Of a stretch of 8,834 nt of DNA, positions 1 to 4,846 are shown piece by piece. Position numbers and translations under genes: made by a program. The number at the start of each line of letters is the position of its first letter. Positions within the stretch are counted from its first letter, which is position 1. The DNA lies in the NCBI GenBank assembly GCA_022560555.1, contig JADFSZ010000064.1, positions 1 to 8,834 on the forward strand, in the 5' to 3' direction. The stretch is from PVC group bacterium. Its GTDB lineage: Bacteria; GCA-001730085; JADFSZ01. Under the pieces are notes generated by a model. That model was not told where the DNA came from. It saw only the letters and a program-made list of their open reading frames with translations, and made no database searches.

Positions 1-242
1 AAATTGATGTTTATCACAGTCCCTGTTTTGTTCATCGCTTTTAGTAAAATCCCGCTCGTACAGCCAATGTCCACAATGGACGTATTTTGATTAAACAATT
101 CCGGAAAACATTTTTTGAAATATTGATACAACCGATAAAAACGTATTTGATTGATGTAAATATCCGGATGTGCCTCACTTTGGCGCATCGGTTCATACAA
201 ATAATGCCTTTTAACGGTTTCATACGGGAACAATTGGGTCAT
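1..242 (-). CDS. putative class I SAM-dependent methyltransferase, N-terminal part; continues past the left edge of the window
   Basis: My own minus-strand translation from ATG 242..240 gives MTQLFPYETVKRHYLYEPMRQSEAHPDIYINQIRFYRLYQYFKKCFPELFNQNTSIVDIGCTSGILLKAMNKTGTVININ..., open through position 1. It is probably missing from the supplied track because it has no in-window stop. IVDIGCTSG resembles the glycine-rich motif I (h-h-D-h-G-x-x-x-G) of Rossmann-fold methyltransferases. Its position downstream of a sugar transferase fits a glycan-modifying enzyme. The family call rests on one motif only, and no clear Shine-Dalgarno precedes the ATG. Confidence 0.5.
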   Translation of the reverse strand, partial: MTQLFPYETVKRHYLYEPMRQSEAHPDIYINQIRFYRLYQYFKKCFPELFNQNTSIVDIGCTSGILLKAMNKTGTVININ

Positions 243-290
243 TCCGGGTAAATTATTAATAAGGTTTTTTAAGCGTATGAAGAAGCGTTT

Positions 291-392
291 TTAACGATTC
301 AAAATAGTGCACTTGTGATACACCCTTCGCACCGATTTTACAATAATCGGCGGAATGAAGTCATAAACATTGATCTTTAACTGTCTTTTCAT
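291..392 (-). other. 33-codon ORF in the same frame as the methyltransferase-like ORF, cut off from it by a single TAA (possible severed N-terminus or an unrelated upstream ORF)
   Basis: ATG 392..390 to TAA 293..291 gives MKRQLKINVYDFIPPIIVKSVRRVYHKCTILNR*. The 16 codons from 290 to 243 (KRFFIRLKNLINNLPG) contain no stop and run in frame into ATG 242. I checked this codon by codon. Confidence 0.3.
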
Positions 393-565
393 GTCTGTTG
401 TTTATGCCGAAAACCCAACCGTCAATCCAAAGAATAAATACAAATGCGTTTCTTCCCTGCCCAGCTCCGCCCTGTCAGTCACATTTTATCCGTGACCTAC
501 AAAGATTTCTTTCATCGAAATAGCTTCTTAATTAATCCTTCTTTACCATTTACTATGTGCTTCCT

Positions 566-1237
566 TTACAGTCCTTCTGCCCGAAATACAGTTTTAACCG
601 AGCTAAACATAATCCCAATATCGTATAAAAAGCTTTTCCACACCGATTGAGTCAAAATACGATCGATATATTCATAATCTAAAGCTCGTTCTTCTTCTAA
701 ATTTTTATATATTCCCTTATGAATCTGAGTCCAGCCCGTTAAGCCTGCTTTCATAATTTTTTTCCGGTAAATTCCCTGCTTAATTTCTTCATTGTAATCA
801 TCTACCGGCCAGGGACGCGGCCCAACAAAACTGATTTCACCTTTTAAGATATGGATCAACTGAAGAATTTCATCTAGATAATACTTTTTTAAATATCGTC
901 CGACATGCGTCACATTTTTATCATCACGTTCCATATCCTTTATTTTATTGATACGACCTTGTTTGTTTCGCATTTCTTTTAAGATAGAATACTGGATAAT
1001 TCTGAACTTAATCAGCCGAAAAACTTTTCCTTCAGATATGCGATCCTCAAAATACAGTATCGGCCCCTGATCTTCTTTCCAAATCCATCCCGAACATTTT
1101 AATAGAATAGCGATCACTAAAAAAAGAGGTGATAGAAAAAGGATTAAAAGAAAGGAAAATATTTTATCAAATATGTTTTTCACTATGGAATACCTGATTG
1201 GATCCTTGTACGAATCGTATTTTATTGTTGGGCTCAT
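566..1237 (-). CDS. small monotopic phosphoglycosyl transferase (bacterial sugar transferase, PglC/WbaP C-terminal domain type; polyprenyl-phosphate hexose-1-phosphate transferase)
   Basis: 223 aa. The N-terminal hydrophobic helix carries a Ser-Pro kink (FSFLLILFLSPLFLVIAILLK), as in re-entrant-helix PGTs. Other family motifs are GPILYFEDR, KFR, VGRYLKKYYLDEILQL (Asp-Glu catalytic dyad context), LKGEISFVGPRP and KAGLTGWTQI. ATG 1237..1235 overlaps the upstream stop (ATGA). TAA stop at 566..568. Confidence 0.9.
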   Translation of the reverse strand: MSPTIKYDSYKDPIRYSIVKNIFDKIFSFLLILFLSPLFLVIAILLKCSGWIWKEDQGPILYFEDRISEGKVFRLIKFRIIQYSILKEMRNKQGRINKIKDMERDDKNVTHVGRYLKKYYLDEILQLIHILKGEISFVGPRPWPVDDYNEEIKQGIYRKKIMKAGLTGWTQIHKGIYKNLEEERALDYEYIDRILTQSVWKSFLYDIGIMFSSVKTVFRAEGL

Positions 1238-1716
1238 AAGAATTTTGTAATTGTGTTAAATAAAGTTTGCATCTTCTTTTGATTTTTTTGCAAATATTTC
1301 ATCCTTTTTTCAAAAAATTCGGCTAAGGATTTATCTTCAGGCCTTGTCCACTCATAGTCTTTGTGATTCGTTTCACTGATTTCTCCGAGCATTCTCAAAC
1401 GCCGATTTATGGCATCTAAAAGCCGTTTGTTAACGATTTTTTTAAAATCAACTTCGGCCTCATAATAATCCCTTCGGTCTCCTTTAACCCAAACGCGATT
1501 GCACCCTCCCCACTTTTCCAGCTCCCGGATGTTGATACTGATACTTCCTTTACTGACATGGAGCGCGTTCATTATATCATTTAGACTCAGAGGTTTAGGG
1601 CTAAGATAAAGAACAGCATGTATTTGACCGAATATCTTGCTAAATCCGAATAAAGAGGAAAGAAAACCAAACTTCTCAACAAACTGGTCATGCGTTTCTT
1701 TTAATTTTGCATGCAT
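1234..1716 (-). CDS. GbsR/MarR-family winged-helix transcriptional regulator (COG1510-like)
   Basis: 160 aa. The N-terminal half has the typical GbsR-like layout: FVEKFGFLSSLFGFSKIFGQIHAVLYLSPKPLSLNDIMNALHVSKGSISINIRELEKWGGCNRVWVKGDRRDYYEAE (effector/HTH/wing). GAGG sits 7 nt upstream of ATG 1716..1714. The TGA stop at 1236..1234 overlaps the next gene's ATG. Confidence 0.8.
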   Translation of the reverse strand: MHAKLKETHDQFVEKFGFLSSLFGFSKIFGQIHAVLYLSPKPLSLNDIMNALHVSKGSISINIRELEKWGGCNRVWVKGDRRDYYEAEVDFKKIVNKRLLDAINRRLRMLGEISETNHKDYEWTRPEDKSLAEFFEKRMKYLQKNQKKMQTLFNTITKFL

Positions 1717-1739
1717 GGGGCACCCTCGTAGGTTTATAA

Positions 1740-1759
1740 CGTTTAGAATGTACTAAACG
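1740..1759. promoter_or_regulatory. perfect 7-6-7 inverted repeat CGTTTAG-aatgta-CTAAACG in the regulator leader; candidate operator or RNA hairpin
   Basis: Arms at 1740..1746 (cgtttag) and 1753..1759 (ctaaacg) are exact reverse complements. The repeat lies between the predicted -10 (1774..1769) and the start codon (1716) of the GbsR/MarR gene, where an autoregulatory dimer site is expected. The function is inferred. Confidence 0.35.
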
Positions 1760-1768
1760 ATACTAATC

Positions 1769-1798
1769 TATATAACCTATTTTCCCGTCTGTTGTCAA
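1769..1798 (-). promoter_or_regulatory. sigma70-type promoter for the regulator-transferase operon
   Basis: On the minus strand: TTGACA (1798..1793), an 18-nt spacer, then TATATA (1774..1769). A T8 tract lies immediately upstream of the -35 (complement of 1801..1808). This predicts a leader of roughly 45 nt containing the palindrome and the GAGG SD. Confidence 0.5.
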
Positions 1799-1840
1799 CT
1801 AAAAAAAAGGGACCGACCATAAAATCGCATTTCAGGCAAC

Positions 1841-1869
1841 TTGACAAATATCAATGGATTAGGTAGTAT
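1841..1869 (+). promoter_or_regulatory. sigma70-type promoter for wecB, divergent from the regulator promoter
   Basis: TTGACA (1841..1846), a 17-nt spacer, then TAGTAT (1864..1869). The -35 boxes of the two divergent promoters are only 42 bp apart. Confidence 0.5.
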
Positions 1870-1905
1870 TGCGCTTCAGTTTCTGCTTGAAAATGCTATG
1901 GATTC

Positions 1906-3042
1906 ATGATGCCTATGCGAAAAGCAAAAATTCTTCATATTGTGGGAGCTCGGCCGAATTTTGTCAAAATCGCGCCTCTGATGGACGAGCTTCATCGCCA
2001 CAGATCATCCTTCACTCAAAAATTGGTCCACACCGGACAACATTATGGCTCCAATATGTCTGATCCGTTTTTCAAGGACCTGAATATAATCAGACCAGAT
2101 CATAATCTGAACGTCCAATCAGGGACCCATGCCGTACAAACAGCCAAAATGATGATGAGGATTGAGCCCATCCTTCGGAAATATAAACCTGATCTGGTCG
2201 TCGTTGTCGGTGATGTGAATTCAACATTGGCGGGGGCCCTCACAGCTTCAAAATTAGGAATCCCTCTTGCCCATATCGAGTCGGGATTACGCAGTTTTGA
2301 CCGGACCATGCCTGAAGAAATCAACCGCTTGTTAACCGACCGTTTATCTTCATTTCTTTTCACAACTTCTCCCGAAGCAAAAACAAATTTAATAAATGAA
2401 GGTGTTTCAGAGTCAAACATCTTTTATACCGGGAACATTATGATAGATACTCTTTTTAAGCTCCGGTCTCGATGGGGGAAAAGCCGAATATTGAACAAGC
2501 TTGGATTGATGAATGGAAAAAAAACCATGGACTACATCCTCCTCACCCTCCATCGTCCGTCTAATGTGGATGACAAAAAATCTTTACAGGAAGTCTTTCG
2601 TGCGTTAAAAGCGATCCCATGTCACATACCCATTGTTTATCCTGTTCATCCCCGAACAAAAAAATCCATCCAAAAACTTGGCCTATCCGGACAAATGCAT
2701 CAAATAGTAAATATGATCCGGATATCTCCTCTCGGATATCTGGATTTTATGAAGCTTATGAGTCAATCTTTATGCGTATTGACGGATTCCGGAGGTGTCC
2801 AGGAAGAAACGACTGTTCTCGACATTCCATGTTTAACGCTAAGATCAAATACGGAACGTCCGATTACTGTGACAAAAGGCACAAATGTTTTAGTCGGCAC
2901 TCAATCGCACAGGATGATCAAGGAGATCCGCGATATCTTAGATGGTAAGAAGAAAAAAGGTAAAATTCCAAAGTATTGGGACGGAAAATCAGCCAAGCGT
3001 ATTGTCAATGTTCTTAAGCAAAATCTGGCGAGTCTCATATAA
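1906..3042 (+). CDS. wecB: UDP-N-acetylglucosamine 2-epimerase (non-hydrolysing)
   Basis: 378 aa with family hallmarks: KILHIVGARPNFVKIAPL, HTGQHY, VVVVGDVNSTLAGAL, HIESGLRSFDRTMPEEINR, LLTLHRPSNVD, YPVHPRT and TDSGGVQEE. ATGs at 1906, 1909 and 1915 are all in frame with no clear SD. The start at 1915 (MRKAKILHIVG) looks the most family-typical. Confidence 0.93.
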   Translation: MMPMRKAKILHIVGARPNFVKIAPLMDELHRHRSSFTQKLVHTGQHYGSNMSDPFFKDLNIIRPDHNLNVQSGTHAVQTAKMMMRIEPILRKYKPDLVVVVGDVNSTLAGALTASKLGIPLAHIESGLRSFDRTMPEEINRLLTDRLSSFLFTTSPEAKTNLINEGVSESNIFYTGNIMIDTLFKLRSRWGKSRILNKLGLMNGKKTMDYILLTLHRPSNVDDKKSLQEVFRALKAIPCHIPIVYPVHPRTKKSIQKLGLSGQMHQIVNMIRISPLGYLDFMKLMSQSLCVLTDSGGVQEETTVLDIPCLTLRSNTERPITVTKGTNVLVGTQSHRMIKEIRDILDGKKKKGKIPKYWDGKSAKRIVNVLKQNLASLI

Positions 3043-3118
3043 CTCGAAATGACTCCCCCAAGAACCCAAAAAAATTCATGACATGAAAATCGTACCACTT
3101 CAGGGCTATTGATAAATA

Positions 3119-3147
3119 TTGACAAGCTGAAGTGATTATAGTATAAA
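3119..3147 (+). promoter_or_regulatory. sigma70-type promoter immediately upstream of the HAMP-protein gene
   Basis: TTGACA (3119..3124), a 17-nt spacer, then TATAAA (3142..3147). The -10 ends 8 nt before ATG 3156, so the predicted transcription start falls within about 0-3 nt of the start codon. Confidence 0.55.
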
Positions 3148-3155
3148 GGCTTATC

Positions 3156-3779
3156 ATGAAAATCGGCGGTAAAATCATCCGAACACAATATCTTGTCGAT
3201 AAGCGCTACCAAGTGCGTCATATTGTCTACGTGGGACTGATAATCTTTGTCAGCTGTATGATTTTAGGCTATCTCGTTTATCTTGGATCCTGGGCATATG
3301 CGGTCAACAAAACTCTTCAGAGCGTAAATCTGTATCCGGGGGAGCACTTAACCCTCGTCACCAAAACTTTTCTCATTAAAAGCGCAACATTTATTCTGGT
3401 GCTATCTCTAGTATTTGCCTGTCTTTGGAGCTTATTATTTTCTCACAAAATTGCAGGGCCTGCGTTGCGATTTAAAAAAACATTGGATGAAATCGCGTCA
3501 GGAAGGAAATCCCGCATTATCAAACTACGCAAAGGAGATTACCTAAAAGATCTCGCATCATCTTTCAACACAACCCTGGAATCCATAGAATCACGGAATG
3601 AAAGCCAGCTAACTCTGATCCATAAAATGCAAAAAGAGCTCCAGCAGTTAATTCAACTAACTCAAAGCTCAACACCATCCGAATCAGAAATCAAAACAAT
3701 CGCGCAGGATTTGGCAAGCAATATGGAGCACCTTCAAAAACTTTCTTCCACAATAGATCCCCCCACGCTTCAAAAATAA
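3156..3779 (+). CDS. two-TM membrane protein with a single HAMP domain and a C-terminal coiled-coil-like tail; no recognisable output domain
   Basis: 207 aa. It has a basic N-terminus, TM1 at about residues 23-46 (IVYVGLIIFVSCMILGYLVYLGSW), a loop of about 29 aa, and TM2 at about 76-96 (SATFILVLSLVFACLWSLLFS). A HAMP-like segment follows: HKIAGPALRFKKTLDEIASGRKSRIIKLRKGDYLKDLASSFNTTLESI (AS1 Pro, Gly connector, AS2 D-x-L-x-x-L-A-x-x-F-N). The tail is Q/L/E-rich. TAA stop at 3777..3779. Confidence 0.75.
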   Translation: MKIGGKIIRTQYLVDKRYQVRHIVYVGLIIFVSCMILGYLVYLGSWAYAVNKTLQSVNLYPGEHLTLVTKTFLIKSATFILVLSLVFACLWSLLFSHKIAGPALRFKKTLDEIASGRKSRIIKLRKGDYLKDLASSFNTTLESIESRNESQLTLIHKMQKELQQLIQLTQSSTPSESEIKTIAQDLASNMEHLQKLSSTIDPPTLQK

Positions 3780-3806
3780 AAAGGCATGCCCATAAGACAT
3801 GCCTTT
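3780..3806. terminator. bidirectional rho-independent terminator between the convergent HAMP gene and ilvE
   Basis: Perfect 9-bp stem, AAAGGCATG (3780..3788) with CATGCCTTT (3798..3806), and a 9-nt loop. It is flanked by an A-rich run on the left (caaaaataaa) and TTTCTTT on the right, so a U-tract follows the hairpin on either strand. Confidence 0.7.
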
Positions 3807-3837
3807 CTTTAATGAAGGGTATATATTTTATTTAAAT

Positions 3838-4761
3838 TTAGAGATATTTGAGCCAACCAAAGAGATCCGGCTCCTCCCCTTTGACTAATCGAAAAAAACG
3901 TTCTTGAATCTTCTCCGTGATCGGCCCCCTCTTTCCATTCCCAATCGGAATCTTATCAACACTCCGAATGGGGGTAATTTCGGCAGCTGTCCCGGTAAAA
4001 AAGGCTTCATCCGCTATAGTGAGAAATTCTCTCGGTATATTTTCCTCGATAACCTCAATTTCCATATCCCGGGCTAATACTTTCACTACGTCCCGTGTTA
4101 TCCCAAGCAGTATAGAGGCTCCCATAGGAGGCGTATAAATTTTTCCGTCACGAATGATAAAAATATTTTCTCCGCTTCCCTCCGAAATCATCCCATGGCT
4201 GTCAAGAATGATCGATTCCGCATATCCGTCAAGAACCGCCTCCATTTTCATCAGTTGAGAATGAAGATAGTTTCCGGCCGCTTTCGCCATAGCCGGAAAC
4301 GTATTCGGCGCGATACGATTCCAAGAAGAGAACTTCACATCAATCCCGGCCTCTATACTGTCGGCACCGAGATACGCCCCCCATTCCCAAACCGCAATAG
4401 AAACGTGAATCGGAGATGACAATGGATTCAGTCCGAGATCTCCAAGGCCCCGAAAAACAAACGGACGTACATAACAAGCATCAAAATTATTAGCCCTAAC
4501 CGTCTCACAAACTTTATCACAAAATTCTTTCTGTGAGAGGGGGATGTCCATTCGATAAATCTTCGCCGATTCGTAGAGACGGCGTATGTGGGGCTCCAGG
4601 CGAAAAATAGCGGACCCTTTTTTCGTCTTATACGTACGCAACCCTTCAAATACACAGGATCCATAGTGAAGGGCATGACTCAAGATGCTCACCTGCGCAT
4701 TCTCAAAATCTATGGTTTTTCCGTCAAACCAAACTTTTTTTCCAAAATTCAATCCAGCCAT
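3838..4761 (-). CDS. ilvE: branched-chain-amino-acid aminotransferase (class IV PLP fold)
   Basis: 307 aa, collinear with my memory of E. coli IlvE: VWFDGK...AQVSILSHALHYGSCVFEGLR, FRLEPHIRRLYESAKIY, YVRPFVF, WGAYLG, SSWNR, AKAAGNYL (PLP lysine context), SEGSGENIF, PGITRD, FFTGTAAEITPIRSVD and WGWL. Confidence 0.95.
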   Translation of the reverse strand: MAGLNFGKKVWFDGKTIDFENAQVSILSHALHYGSCVFEGLRTYKTKKGSAIFRLEPHIRRLYESAKIYRMDIPLSQKEFCDKVCETVRANNFDACYVRPFVFRGLGDLGLNPLSSPIHVSIAVWEWGAYLGADSIEAGIDVKFSSWNRIAPNTFPAMAKAAGNYLHSQLMKMEAVLDGYAESIILDSHGMISEGSGENIFIIRDGKIYTPPMGASILLGITRDVVKVLARDMEIEVIEENIPREFLTIADEAFFTGTAAEITPIRSVDKIPIGNGKRGPITEKIQERFFRLVKGEEPDLFGWLKYL

Positions 4762-4804
4762 AGCTTTATAACCTTTTCTTTATCTGTTCGTTAACACCGC
4801 TGAC

Positions 4805-4833
4805 ATTGTATAGAATCATCCATCGTCTGGCAA
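4805..4833 (-). promoter_or_regulatory. sigma70-type promoter for ilvE
   Basis: On the minus strand: TTGCCA (4833..4828), a 17-nt spacer, then TACAAT (4810..4805). This predicts a leader of roughly 35-40 nt with AAGG 10 nt upstream of ATG 4761. Confidence 0.55.
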
Positions 4834-4846
4834 TCAAAATCTGAAT

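Noticed and set aside
41-223. Track ORF of 60 aa on the minus strand
   Set aside because: It lies out of frame inside the longer methyltransferase-like frame (242..1), which carries a recognisable motif. Its own translation (MKPLKGIICMNRCAKVRHIRIF...) has no recognisable features.
291-293. Alternative genetic code or stop-codon reassignment as the explanation for the in-frame TAA
   Set aside because: TAA terminates the transferase, wecB, HAMP, ilvE, nadX, panD and panC ORFs at family-appropriate lengths. TGA ends the regulator and TPR genes. The standard bacterial code fits everywhere else.
444-650. Track ORF of 68 aa on the plus strand, spanning the spacer and running antisense into the transferase 3' end
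   Set aside because: It has no Shine-Dalgarno, overlaps the well-supported transferase gene antisense by 85 nt, and its composition looks like non-coding translation. It is retained only as part of the unexplained-spacer finding.
1869-2063. Track ORF of 64 aa overlapping the wecB 5' end in another frame
   Set aside because: It starts inside the predicted promoter/-10 region and overlaps the strongly supported wecB frame. No independent support.
2517-2524. A8 homopolymer inside wecB, together with the T9/A9 run at 7410..7418 inside nadX, as possible phase-variation or slippage tracts
   Set aside because: Runs of 8-9 A/T encoding Lys-rich stretches (GKKT, KKKY) are expected in AT-rich genomes. 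The frames are intact, and nothing else suggests contingency loci.
3076-3086. Inverted repeat TCATG-a-CATGA in the wecB-HAMP intergenic region
   Set aside because: It is only 5-bp arms in AT-rich DNA, occurs as a single copy, and is not positioned relative to any predicted promoter element.
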